Assembly: GCF_016127575.1 (NCBI RefSeq)
Contig: NZ_CP066018.1
Location: forward strand, 390,001-422,000
DNA length: 32,000 nt
Source: Cupriavidus necator
GTDB lineage: Bacteria; Pseudomonadota; Gammaproteobacteria; Burkholderiales; Burkholderiaceae
Reading direction: 5' to 3'
Notes under the pieces: generated by a model
Told to the model about the DNA's origin: nothing
Seen by the model: only the letters and a program-made list of their open reading frames with translations
Databases searched by the model: none
Translations under genes and position numbers: made by a program
Shown here: in pieces, positions 17,545-25,616 of the stretch
How positions within the stretch are numbered: position 1 is the first letter of the stretch
How the letters are laid out: each line of letters starts with the position of its first letter

Positions 17545-18720
17545 ATGACCGCTTTCCAATCCGCCGCTCACGCCCCTGAGCGCGCCAGTGGCCCGCATGA
17601 CGTGCCCCATGCCGCGCGCAAGGGCGCGCCCAACCACGCCCCGCTGCCGGAGCCGATTGCGCCGGACGCCCCGCTGCCCTCGCGCAAGATCATCCGCGGC
17701 TGGCTGATCCCGCTGGGCCAGCGCAGCACGCCGCGCGCACTGCTGCTGTTCGCCTTCGACTACCTGTTGTTCGGCGCCGTGCTGGCCGGCGTGGTGCTGG
17801 CGCAGCACTGGGCCGCCAAGCTGGCGCTGGGCGTGCTGGCCGGGCTGATCATCGCGCGCCTGTTTATCATCGGCCACGATGCCTGCCACCAGAGCCTGAC
17901 CCCGCGCCGCGGCCTGAACAAGTGGCTGGGCCGGCTCACCTTCCTGCCCTCGCTGACGCCGTACAGCCTGTGGGAAGTCGGCCACAACGTGGTGCACCAT
18001 GGCTATACCAACCTGAAGGGCTTCGACTTCGTCTGGGCGCCCTACTCACTGGAAGAATTCAACGCGCTGCCGCGCTGGCGCCGCGTGATGGAGCGCATCT
18101 ACCGCACCGGCTTCGGCCCGGGCCTGTACTACCTGGTGGAAATCTGGTGGTGCAAGATGTTCTTCCCCAGCAAGCGCCAGATGGCTACGCGCCGCCCGAT
18201 CTTCACCGGCGACTGTGTGCTGGTAGCCGCCTTCGGGCTGGCCTGGATCGGCGCGCTGGCGGGCCTGGCGCTGGCCACGGAGCAGTCGGTGTGGTTGCTG
18301 ACCGGCGCGGGCTTTGTGCTGCCATTCCTGGTCTGGAACGTCACCGTCGGCTTCGTGCTGTATGTGCACCACACCCACACCAGCGTCGCCTGGTATGACA
18401 CCAAGGCCATGTGGGCCAAGGCACAGCCCTTTGTCTCGACCACCGTGCACCTGCGCTTCCGCCACGGCATCGGCGCGGCGCTGCACCACATCATGGAACA
18501 CACCGCGCACCACGTCGACATGAGCGTGCCACTGTACCGCCTCAAGCGCGCCCAGGCACTGCTGGAGCACGCGCTGCCGGGCCGCATCATCATCGAGAAC
18601 TTCTCCTGGCGCTGGTATTTCGATACCGCGCGCCGCTGCAAGCTCTATGACTTCAAGGCCCTGTGCTGGACCGATTTCCGCGGCCGCCAGACCAGCGACA
18701 ACGCGCCTGTACCCGGCTGA
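17545..18720 (+). CDS. membrane fatty-acid-desaturase-family di-iron protein (substrate unknown)
   Basis: Three His boxes in the canonical order: HDACHQS, HNVVHHGYTN and HHIMEHTAHHV, with hydrophobic segments between them. GAAGG RBS precedes ATG 17545. Confidence 0.85.
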   Translation: MTAFQSAAHAPERASGPHDVPHAARKGAPNHAPLPEPIAPDAPLPSRKIIRGWLIPLGQRSTPRALLLFAFDYLLFGAVLAGVVLAQHWAAKLALGVLAGLIIARLFIIGHDACHQSLTPRRGLNKWLGRLTFLPSLTPYSLWEVGHNVVHHGYTNLKGFDFVWAPYSLEEFNALPRWRRVMERIYRTGFGPGLYYLVEIWWCKMFFPSKRQMATRRPIFTGDCVLVAAFGLAWIGALAGLALATEQSVWLLTGAGFVLPFLVWNVTVGFVLYVHHTHTSVAWYDTKAMWAKAQPFVSTTVHLRFRHGIGAALHHIMEHTAHHVDMSVPLYRLKRAQALLEHALPGRIIIENFSWRWYFDTARRCKLYDFKALCWTDFRGRQTSDNAPVPG

Positions 18721-18735
18721 GGGTGCAGGCCTTGT

Positions 18736-18765
18736 GGCGGGGGCAGGTGGACGCCTGCCCCCGCC
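18736..18765 (+). terminator. perfect 12-bp GC hairpin downstream of the desaturase-like gene
   Basis: GGCGGGGGCAGG (18736-18747), loop TGGACG, CCTGCCCCCGCC (18754-18765). There is no T-tract, so terminator function is uncertain. Confidence 0.4.
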
Positions 18766-18770
18766 GCCGC

Positions 18771-18776
18771 TATAAT
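18771..18776 (+). promoter_or_regulatory. candidate -10 box (TATAAT) for the riboswitch-GDT1 transcript
   Basis: A consensus TATAAT lies 9 nt upstream of the first riboswitch P1 nucleotide (18786). No convincing -35 was seen. Confidence 0.35.
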
Positions 18777-18785
18777 TGCCGCTTC

Positions 18786-18953
18786 CATTGGGGAGTAGCC
18801 GCCCTGCTCTCACCGCGCCGCGCAATGCGGACTCCGGGGGACAGGGGCGTACGTCAACAGACTTGACCGCTTGCGGTTATGGCGTGCGCAGCTCCGGACC
18901 CGCCCGGCCGTACTGATACGGACCCGGCAGCGTCCAGCCTGGCGAGACCGATG
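18786..18953 (+). promoter_or_regulatory. yybP-ykoY family (Mn2+-sensing) riboswitch
   Basis: CATTGG-GGAGTAGC (18786-18799) contains the invariant GGGGAGUAGC L1 element. GGCGAGACC-GATG (18941-18953) supplies the conserved GAGACC element. CATTGG pairs with CCGATG to close P1 (one G-U). Internal helices include CGCCCTG/CAGGGGCG, CCGC/GCGG, GTCAA/TTGAC and CCGTA/TACGG. It lies directly upstream of a UPF0016 exporter gene, a known regulated family. Confidence 0.7.
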
Positions 18954-19039
18954 ACCATACCTTTCTGGCCGGGCCGGGAAAGGTGTGCGTCATTGGCATC
19001 TCGCGATGCATTGCGGCCCGGTTACCCCACAAGACCAAT

Positions 19040-19615
19040 ATGGAAGCCTTCCTCGTCTCCACAGGCATCGTCGCCCTCGCTGAAATGGGCGACAAGACGC
19101 AATTGCTGTCGCTGGTGCTGGCCGCGCGCTACCGCAAGCCCGTTCCCATCATCCTTGGCATCCTGATCGCCACGCTGTTCAACCACGGCTTTGCCGGTGC
19201 GCTCGGCGGCTGGATCACGCATGTGCTGGGCGAAAGCCTGCTGCGCTGGATCCTGGGCCTGGGCTTTATCGCAATGGCGGCATGGATGCTGATCCCCGAC
19301 AAGCTCGACGACGCCGAACAAGCCAGGCCGGTCAAGGGCGCCCTTGGCATCCTCGGCACCACCATCGTGGCCTTCTTCTTTGCCGAGATGGGCGACAAGA
19401 CCCAGATCGCCACCGTGGCGCTGGCCGCGCGCTTCAGCGATGCGGTGATTGCCGTGGTGGCCGGCACCACCTTCGGCATGATGGTCGCCAATGCGCCGGC
19501 GGTCCTGCTTGGCGACAAGTTTGCCAACAAGATGCCGATCGGACTGGTGCACAAGATCGCGGCGGGGATTTTCCTGGTGCTGGGGGTGCTGGCGTTGCTG
19601 AATATCGGCGGATAA
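19040..19615 (+). CDS. UPF0016/GDT1/TMEM165 family cation (Mn2+/Ca2+) transporter
   Basis: Two copies of the family signature E-x-G-D-(KR)-(TS): AEMGDKTQLLSL and AEMGDKTQIATV, in a 191-aa six-TM-like protein. ATG 19040 (MEAFLV) is preferred over the track start 18983. Confidence 0.88.
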   Translation: MEAFLVSTGIVALAEMGDKTQLLSLVLAARYRKPVPIILGILIATLFNHGFAGALGGWITHVLGESLLRWILGLGFIAMAAWMLIPDKLDDAEQARPVKGALGILGTTIVAFFFAEMGDKTQIATVALAARFSDAVIAVVAGTTFGMMVANAPAVLLGDKFANKMPIGLVHKIAAGIFLVLGVLALLNIGG

Positions 19616-19622
19616 GTCGCCG

Positions 19623-19649
19623 AAAAAAAACGGGGCACAAGGCCCCGTT
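19623..19649 (-). terminator. intrinsic terminator for the uraH-puuD transcript (read on the minus strand)
   Basis: Minus strand reads AACGGGGC-CTTGT-GCCCCGTT followed by T8 (A8 at 19623-19630 on the + strand). It lies between the convergent GDT1 and puuD genes. Confidence 0.6.
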
Positions 19650-19777
19650 CAAACCCTCGCCGGTCCGGTACTGACGGTTGCCAACTGCACAACCCTCCGG
19701 ACCGTCGATCACCGATGCTCGGAATTCGCGGGCCGGCGGCACGCGCCGGCCCTGATGCTTTTCAGATCAGGCCACCC

Positions 19778-20986
19778 TCAGTTGGTGGTCTTGGCACCGC
19801 CTTCGAACCACTGGCCCAGCAGGGCGCGTTCGTCGTCGGTGATCTGCGTCACGTTGCCCAGCGGCATCGCCTTCTGCTGCACGGCCTGCTGGTAGATCAG
19901 CTGCGCGTGGGCCTTGATGTCTTCCGCGGTATCGAGCTTGATGCCCTTGGCTGCGGTCGGCATCATCTTCGGCTGCTCGGCGTGGCACTGCACGCAGCGT
20001 GCGTTCATCACTTCCTGCACCTTGGCAAAGCTGACGGCGGTGGCGGCTTCACCACCTTCTGCCTTGGCCACGGCCGGGCGCGGTTGCGGCGCGATCAGCA
20101 CGGCGACCACGGCCAGCACGGCAACGCCGGCTGCGGGCCAGGCCACGTTGATCTTGCCCTTGTGCTTGAGGATGAAGAACTGGCGGATCAGCACACCGGC
20201 GAGCATGATCAGGATCAGCGCGGCCCAGTTGTACTTGTAGCTGTAGGTCATGCTGTAGTGGTTCGACAGCATCGCGAACAGCACCGGCAGCGTGAAGTAC
20301 GTGTTGTGCACGCTGCGCTGCTTGGCGTTCTTGCCATGGACCGGATCGACCGGCTGGCCCGCGCGCAGCGCGGCAACCACCTTGCGCTGGCCCGGGATGA
20401 TCCACACCAGCACGTTGGCGCTCATGATGGTGGCGATCATCGCACCGGTCAGCAGGAACGCCGCACGGCCCGAGAACAGGTGGCACGCCACGTAGGCAGC
20501 CACGGCCACGTAGATCGCCACCAGCACGCCCACGGTCTTGTCGCTCTTGCCGAACACGCGGCAGATCACGTCATAGACCACCCAGCCCGCGGCCAGGTAG
20601 GACAGCGCCAGGCCGACCGCCGCGCCGGGCGACATGTCGTAGACGTTCTTGTCGATCAGGAACGTGCTGGCGTTGAACAGGTACAGCACCACCAGCAGGC
20701 CGAAGCCGGTCATCCACGTGGAATACGACTCCCAGTAGAACCAGTGCAGGTTCTCAGGCAGCGTCTTGGGTGCGGTCAGGTATTTCTGCGGGTTGTAGAA
20801 ACCGCCGCCGTGCACGGCCCACAGCTCGCCGCCGACACCCTTCTCCTGCAGGTCAGGATCGGTGGGACGGGTCAGGCTGTTGTCGAGCCAGACGAAATAG
20901 AACGAGGAGCCGATCCACGCGATCGCCGTGATGACGTGCACCCAGCGCAGCAGCAGATTGGCCCAGTCGAGAATGTAGCCTTCCAT
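19778..20986 (-). CDS. puuD: membrane urate hydroxylase PuuD (DUF989 domain + C-terminal cytochrome c)
   Basis: LLRWVHVITAIAWIGSSFYFVWLDNSL ... WAVHGGGFY ... multiple TM segments, then a haem-c motif CVQCH near the C-terminus. AGGAG RBS precedes ATG 20986, 31 nt after the uraH stop. Confidence 0.9.
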   Translation of the reverse strand: MEGYILDWANLLLRWVHVITAIAWIGSSFYFVWLDNSLTRPTDPDLQEKGVGGELWAVHGGGFYNPQKYLTAPKTLPENLHWFYWESYSTWMTGFGLLVVLYLFNASTFLIDKNVYDMSPGAAVGLALSYLAAGWVVYDVICRVFGKSDKTVGVLVAIYVAVAAYVACHLFSGRAAFLLTGAMIATIMSANVLVWIIPGQRKVVAALRAGQPVDPVHGKNAKQRSVHNTYFTLPVLFAMLSNHYSMTYSYKYNWAALILIMLAGVLIRQFFILKHKGKINVAWPAAGVAVLAVVAVLIAPQPRPAVAKAEGGEAATAVSFAKVQEVMNARCVQCHAEQPKMMPTAAKGIKLDTAEDIKAHAQLIYQQAVQQKAMPLGNVTQITDDERALLGQWFEGGAKTTN

Positions 20987-21017
20987 GTCTTGTCTCCTGT
21001 TTCCCTATGCCACCGCT

Positions 21018-21371
21018 TCAGCTGCCGCGGTAGGTCGAGTACGACCAGGGCGAGACCAGGAGGGGCACGTGGTAGTGCGCGTTGACATCGGCAATGCCGA
21101 AGCGCAGGGGCACCACGTCCAGGAAAGCCGGCTCGGGCAGCTGCGTGCCTTGCGCGCGGAAGTAGTCGCCCGCGGCGAATTCCAGCTCATACACGCCAAC
21201 GGCGAAGTCCGCACCTTCCAGCAGCGGCTGGTCGCAACGGCCGTCGTGGTTCGTCACGACTGTCTTCAGGGTTTCGCGGCGATTGTCGACAATTTTATGA
21301 AGAGTAACCGACATGCCCTTGCCGGGCGTGCCGGCAGCGGTGTCGAGTACGTGTGTGGTCAAGCGTCCCAT
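21018..21371 (-). CDS. uraH: 5-hydroxyisourate hydrolase (transthyretin-like)
   Basis: LTTHVLDTAAGTPGKGMSV ... HYHVPLLVSPWSYSTYRGS, with the diagnostic C-terminal YRGS tetrapeptide. AAGGA RBS. Confidence 0.95.
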   Translation of the reverse strand: MGRLTTHVLDTAAGTPGKGMSVTLHKIVDNRRETLKTVVTNHDGRCDQPLLEGADFAVGVYELEFAAGDYFRAQGTQLPEPAFLDVVPLRFGIADVNAHYHVPLLVSPWSYSTYRGS

Positions 21372-21422
21372 CGTGTTTTTCCTTAGGCGATTGGGTTGTG
21401 AGGGGCGCCGCTGCCTTCACTA

Positions 21423-21444
21423 GCACCATTTGTGGGAATGGTGC
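21423..21444. promoter_or_regulatory. 8-bp inverted repeat in the uraH leader/promoter
   Basis: GCACCATT (21423-21430), 6 nt, AATGGTGC (21437-21444), 52-73 nt upstream of the uraH ATG. Confidence 0.3.
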
Positions 21445-21519
21445 CCGCTCGGTACGTCTGGTAACGCATCCCGGCGCTGGGTGGTGCGTGGCGACAATGC
21501 GCCTGCACTACCCGGTTGG

Positions 21520-21543
21520 CAATTCAGGGATTTCCCTGAGTTG
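21520..21543. promoter_or_regulatory. near-perfect 24-bp palindrome (operator-like)
   Basis: CAAT-TCAGGGA-TT-TCCCTGA-GTTG. The 7-bp arms are perfect and the flanks match 3 of 4. It lies in the uraH/gntR divergent region. Confidence 0.35.
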
Positions 21544-21562
21544 TCGAAAACCTGAGTCGGTT

Positions 21563-21604
21563 TTGTTGACAATATTGGAGCAGTAACCAAATAATTGTCA
21601 ACAA
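21563..21604. promoter_or_regulatory. pair of GntR-type operator candidates (TTGTnnACAA), mutually inverted
   Basis: TTGTTGACAAT (21563-21573) and ATTGTCAACAA (21594-21604) are exact reverse complements 20 nt apart. Each has the TGT..ACA arms typical of GntR/FadR-family sites. They lie 65-105 nt upstream of the GntR gene. Confidence 0.45.
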
Positions 21605-21668
21605 TTTTTGGATCACCGCTGCCTGATGTCCAGGATTTGCGGTGCCCCGCCTGACTGCTGGTGCCACG

Positions 21669-22439
21669 ATGTCCAAGAGCCTGAAGCTGATTGCCGCCAA
21701 CGCCGAAACCAAGGCCGACGCCGAGCCGACCGAAATCCAGGCGGGCAAGCCCGCCAGGCCCGCACGCAAGGGCTCGGTCGAAGAGCGCATGTATCACGAG
21801 ATCTACGACGCGATCATGGAGCACCGGCTGCCGCCGCGCACCAAGCTGACCGAGCATTCCCTTTGCGAGATCTATGCCACCGCGCGACACACTGTGCGCA
21901 AGGTGCTGTCGCACCTGGCCGCCGACGGCATGGTCGACCTCGAGCCCAACCGCGGCGCCTTTATCGCCAGCCCCTCCACCGACGAAGCGCACGACATGTT
22001 CGAGCTGCGCCAGATGCTGGAACGCGCGGTGCTGGAAAAGCTTGCCGGCATGCCCGACGTCAAGGCCGTGATCGCGCCGCTGCGCCAGATGGTGGCCAGC
22101 GAGCGCCAGGCCTTCCTCACGCATGACCGGCCCAAATGGATCCGCCTGTCCGCCGAGTTCCATACGGCGCTGGCGGAACTGTCGGGCAATGCGCTGCTGG
22201 TCAACATGATGCGCCGGCTGGTGTCGCGCACCACGCTGATGATCGCCAGCGTGGAAGCCCCGGGCAACAACGCCTGCTCGTTCGATGAACACGAAGAGAT
22301 CCTCGACGCACTCGAACAGGGCAATGCCGCGCTGGCCCAGTCGCGCATGGCGCACCACCTTGGCGCCTGCGCCGACCGCGTGCAGCCGGACGAGCCGGGC
22401 AACTTTGATCTTCGCAGCGTGCTAGGCCGCTCCACCTAG
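21669..22439 (+). CDS. GntR family transcriptional regulator with FCD (FadR C-terminal) domain
   Basis: Winged HTH RLPPRTKLTEHSLCEIYATARHTVRKVLSHLAADGMVDLEPNRGAFI followed by an all-helical FCD-type domain (ELRQMLE.., FHTALAELSGN, HEEILDAL). ATG 21669. Confidence 0.88.
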   Translation: MSKSLKLIAANAETKADAEPTEIQAGKPARPARKGSVEERMYHEIYDAIMEHRLPPRTKLTEHSLCEIYATARHTVRKVLSHLAADGMVDLEPNRGAFIASPSTDEAHDMFELRQMLERAVLEKLAGMPDVKAVIAPLRQMVASERQAFLTHDRPKWIRLSAEFHTALAELSGNALLVNMMRRLVSRTTLMIASVEAPGNNACSFDEHEEILDALEQGNAALAQSRMAHHLGACADRVQPDEPGNFDLRSVLGRST

Positions 22440-22618
22440 CACGGTGTTCCCGCCCCTGCCCCCAACTACAAGGCCAGACCTGATCGGCAAACAGCACCCG
22501 GCTCACCGACGAGAGTGCTGAGACGACAGGCAGATAACGGTCCGGAGACCCTCCGGGATCCAGGACCGGGGCCATGGCAGTGGTGTTCCCATCAAACCAA
22601 AGGAGAGGAGACGCACCC

Positions 22619-24025
22619 ATGAATTCCGCAAGCACCACGGTCCCGACGGACCTCACCAACGAGCGTTTGCCTTCCGGGCGCCTGCTCGCGCTCGGGTTGC
22701 AGCACGTTCTGGTGATGTACGCCGGCACGGTTGCCGTGCCCTTGATCGTTGGTGGCGCGCTCAAGCTGCCCAAGGACCAGCTGGCGTTCCTGATCAACGC
22801 CGACCTGTTCGCCGCGGGCCTGGCCACGCTGATCCAGGCCTTTGGTTTCTGGAAGTTCGGCATCCGCCTGCCGGTGATGATGGGCGTGACTTTCGCCTCG
22901 GTGGCGCCGATGATCGCCATCGGCACCGATCCCAATGTCGGCCTGCTCGGCATCTATGGCGCGGTGATCGCATCGGGGATATTCGGCATCCTGATCGCGC
23001 CGATGATGGGGCGCATGCTGGGACTGTTCCCGCCGGTGGTGACCGGCACGGTGATCACGCTGATCGGCGTGTCGCTGATGCGCGTGGGCATCAACTGGGC
23101 GGCCGGCGGCCAGCCCACCACCCGTGCCGTGATCGACGGCGTGGTCAAGGAGGTGCCCAACCTCGCCTACGGCGACCTGGCCAACCTCGGCATTGCCGGC
23201 CTGACGCTGCTGATCATCCTGCTGCTGACCAAGTACGGCCGTGGCCTGGTGGCCAACTGCGCAGTGCTGCTGGGCATCATCGCCGGCACGCTGGTGGCGA
23301 TGGCGATGGGCAAGGTGTCCTTCGAAGGCCTGGATGAAGCTAGCTTCGTCGCCGTCATCACGCCGCTGCACTTCGGCATGCCGACCTTCGAAGTGACCGC
23401 CATCCTGTCGATGTGCATCGTCATGCTGATTACGCTGGTGGAGTCCACCGGCATGTTCCTGGCGCTGTCCGACATCACCGGCAAGAAGCTGAGCAACGAG
23501 GACCTGACCCGCGGCCTGCGCGCCGACGGCCTGGGCACCGTGATCGGCGGCATCTTCAACACCTTCCCGTATACCTCGTTCTCGCAGAACGTGGGCCTGG
23601 TGACGGTGACCGGCGTGCGCTCGCGCTACGTGGCGGCTGCCGGCGGCATCATCCTGATCGCCTTCGGCCTGTTCCCCAAGATGGCCCACGTGGTGGCCTC
23701 GGTGCCGCAGTTCGTGCTGGGCGGCGCCGGCATCGTGATGTTCGGCATGGTGGCCGCCACCGGCATCCGCATCCTGGGTTCGTGCGATTTCAACCGCAAC
23801 CGCCACAACCTGTTCATCGTCGCCATCTCGATCGGCGCCGGCATGATCCCGACGCTGGCACCGACCTTCTTCCAGTACCTGCCGAAGTGGACCGGGCCGT
23901 TCACCCACAGCGGCATCGTGCTGGGCACGATCGTGGCCGTGGCGCTGAACCTGTTCTACAACGGCATCCAGTCGCGCGAGGAGGCCATGCGCAACGCCGC
24001 CGCCAACTCGCACGGCACCGAGTAA
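22619..24025 (+). CDS. NCS2 family nucleobase:cation symporter (xanthine/uric acid permease type)
   Basis: LALGLQHVLVMYAGTVAVPLIVG, FASVAPMI, ESTGMFLAL and FPYTSFSQNVGLVTVTGVRSRYV are NCS2/NAT signatures. A strong AAGGAGAGGAG RBS precedes ATG 22619. Confidence 0.92.
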   Translation: MNSASTTVPTDLTNERLPSGRLLALGLQHVLVMYAGTVAVPLIVGGALKLPKDQLAFLINADLFAAGLATLIQAFGFWKFGIRLPVMMGVTFASVAPMIAIGTDPNVGLLGIYGAVIASGIFGILIAPMMGRMLGLFPPVVTGTVITLIGVSLMRVGINWAAGGQPTTRAVIDGVVKEVPNLAYGDLANLGIAGLTLLIILLLTKYGRGLVANCAVLLGIIAGTLVAMAMGKVSFEGLDEASFVAVITPLHFGMPTFEVTAILSMCIVMLITLVESTGMFLALSDITGKKLSNEDLTRGLRADGLGTVIGGIFNTFPYTSFSQNVGLVTVTGVRSRYVAAAGGIILIAFGLFPKMAHVVASVPQFVLGGAGIVMFGMVAATGIRILGSCDFNRNRHNLFIVAISIGAGMIPTLAPTFFQYLPKWTGPFTHSGIVLGTIVAVALNLFYNGIQSREEAMRNAAANSHGTE

Positions 24026-24150
24026 CTGAAGCAACGGTATCGAAGTATCCGACACCGCCGCCGGCACGACTGGCACGTTCATTGCGTGATGGTCGGCGCT
24101 TGCGGGCGGCGCGGCGGTGCCGGGCGTTTTCCTGAAGCAAGCAAAGACAC

Positions 24151-25101
24151 ATGACAAAAGATAACTATCCACGCGATCTCATCGGATATGGTGCCCGGCC
24201 GCCGCACGCCCGCTGGCCGGGCGGTGCGCGCGTTGCGCTGCAGTTCGTCCTCAACTACGAAGAAGGCGGCGAAAACTGCGTGCTGCACGGCGACGCCGCC
24301 TCCGAGCAGTTCCTCTCCGAGATCGTCGGCGCCGCGGCCTACCCCGACCGCCACATGAGCATGGAGGGCATCTACGAATACGGCTCGCGCGCCGGCGTCT
24401 GGCGCCTGCTGCGCGAGTTCGAGAAGCGCGGCCTGCCGCTGACCATCTTCGGCGTATCGATGGCGCTGCAACGCCATCCTGAACTGACCCGCGCCTTTGT
24501 CGAACTGGGCCACGAGATCGCCTGCCACGGCTGGCGCTGGATCCACTACCAGGGCATCGACGAAGCCACCGAGCGCGAGCACATGCGCATCGGCATGCAG
24601 ATCATCAAGGACCTGACCGGCGAACTGCCGCTGGGCTGGTACACCGGCCGCGACAGCCCCAACACGCGCCGCCTGGTGGTGGAGCACGGCGGCCTCCTGT
24701 ACGACTCGGACTACTACGGCGACGACCTGCCCTTCTGGACCGAAGTGGAAGTCACCGGCGGCGAGAAGAAGCCGCACCTGGTGGTGCCGTACACGCTCGA
24801 CTCCAACGACATGCGCTTTGCCACGCCGCAGGGCTTCAATACCGGCGAACAGTTCTTCCAGTACCTGAAGGATGCGTTCGACGTCTTGTATGAGGAAGGC
24901 GACCCGAGCGGCCAGGACAGCCCCAAGATGCTGTCGATCGGCATGCACTGCCGCCTGCTCGGCCGCCCGGGCCGCTTCCGCGCGCTGCAGCGCTTTCTCG
25001 ACTATGTGCAGGGACACGACAAGGTGTGGATCTGCCGCCGTGTCGACATCGCCCGCCACTGGGCCGATACCCACCCCTACACCCCCCGGAACCAAGCATG
25101 A
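24151..25101 (+). CDS. puuE: allantoinase PuuE (polysaccharide-deacetylase fold, metal-independent)
   Basis: NYPRDLIGYGARPPHARWPGGARVALQFVLNYEEGGE ... ACHGWRWIHY ... VPYTLDSNDMRF matches PuuE-type allantoinases. Confidence 0.92.
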   Translation: MTKDNYPRDLIGYGARPPHARWPGGARVALQFVLNYEEGGENCVLHGDAASEQFLSEIVGAAAYPDRHMSMEGIYEYGSRAGVWRLLREFEKRGLPLTIFGVSMALQRHPELTRAFVELGHEIACHGWRWIHYQGIDEATEREHMRIGMQIIKDLTGELPLGWYTGRDSPNTRRLVVEHGGLLYDSDYYGDDLPFWTEVEVTGGEKKPHLVVPYTLDSNDMRFATPQGFNTGEQFFQYLKDAFDVLYEEGDPSGQDSPKMLSIGMHCRLLGRPGRFRALQRFLDYVQGHDKVWICRRVDIARHWADTHPYTPRNQA

Positions 25102-25616
25102 GCCAGACCTGCACCATCGCCCAACTCAACACCATGCCTGTCGCGGAGTTCGTGCAGGTGCTGGGCGGCATCTACGAACACTCGCCGTGGTTTGCCGAGA
25201 CCGCAGCCGCGCAGCGGCCCTTCGCCGACGGCGCAGCGCTGGCGCAGGCACTGCGCAAGGCGGTCGATGAAGCGGGCGAGGCGGCCCAGCTCAAGCTGGT
25301 GCGCGCCCACCCGGAGCTGGCCGGCAAGGCCGCCGTGCGCGGCGAGCTGACCGCCGAATCCACGCGCGAACAAAGCGGCGCCGGCCTGAACCTGTGCACG
25401 CCCGAGGAGTTCGACCGCCTGCAGTCGCTCAACGCGGCCTACAACCAGAAGTTCGGCTTCCCGTTCATCCTGGCCGTGCGCGGCTACGACCGCCACGGGA
25501 TCATCGCGGAGTTCGCGCGGCGACTGGAAAACACGCCGCAGCAAGAGTTGCAAACTTGCATCAACCAGATCCATCGCATTGCGCAGTTCCGGCTTGACGA
25601 CTTAGTATCCGCCTGA
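25098..25616 (+). CDS. uraD: 2-oxo-4-hydroxy-4-carboxy-5-ureidoimidazoline (OHCU) decarboxylase
   Basis: FVQVLGGIYEHSPWFAE ... LVRAHPELAGK ... STREQSGAGL ... YNQKFGFPFILAVRG are UraD motifs. ATG 25098 overlaps the puuE stop (ATGA). Confidence 0.92.
   Translation: MSQTCTIAQLNTMPVAEFVQVLGGIYEHSPWFAETAAAQRPFADGAALAQALRKAVDEAGEAAQLKLVRAHPELAGKAAVRGELTAESTREQSGAGLNLCTPEEFDRLQSLNAAYNQKFGFPFILAVRGYDRHGIIAEFARRLENTPQQELQTCINQIHRIAQFRLDDLVSA

Noticed and set aside
21517-21535. TTGGCA..., considered as a sigma-54 (-24/-12) promoter, since purine catabolism is often nitrogen-controlled
   Set aside because: With GG placed at -24, the -12 position reads GAT rather than TGC. No TGGCAC-N5-TTGC match was seen on either strand of this intergenic region.
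24026-24150. Direct repeat CTGAAGCAA (24025-24033 and 24131-24139) flanking the permease/puuE intergenic region
   Set aside because: It is a single 9-bp repeat pair with no associated structure or known motif. One copy overlaps the permease stop codon. It may be chance, so I noted it but did not promote it to a finding.
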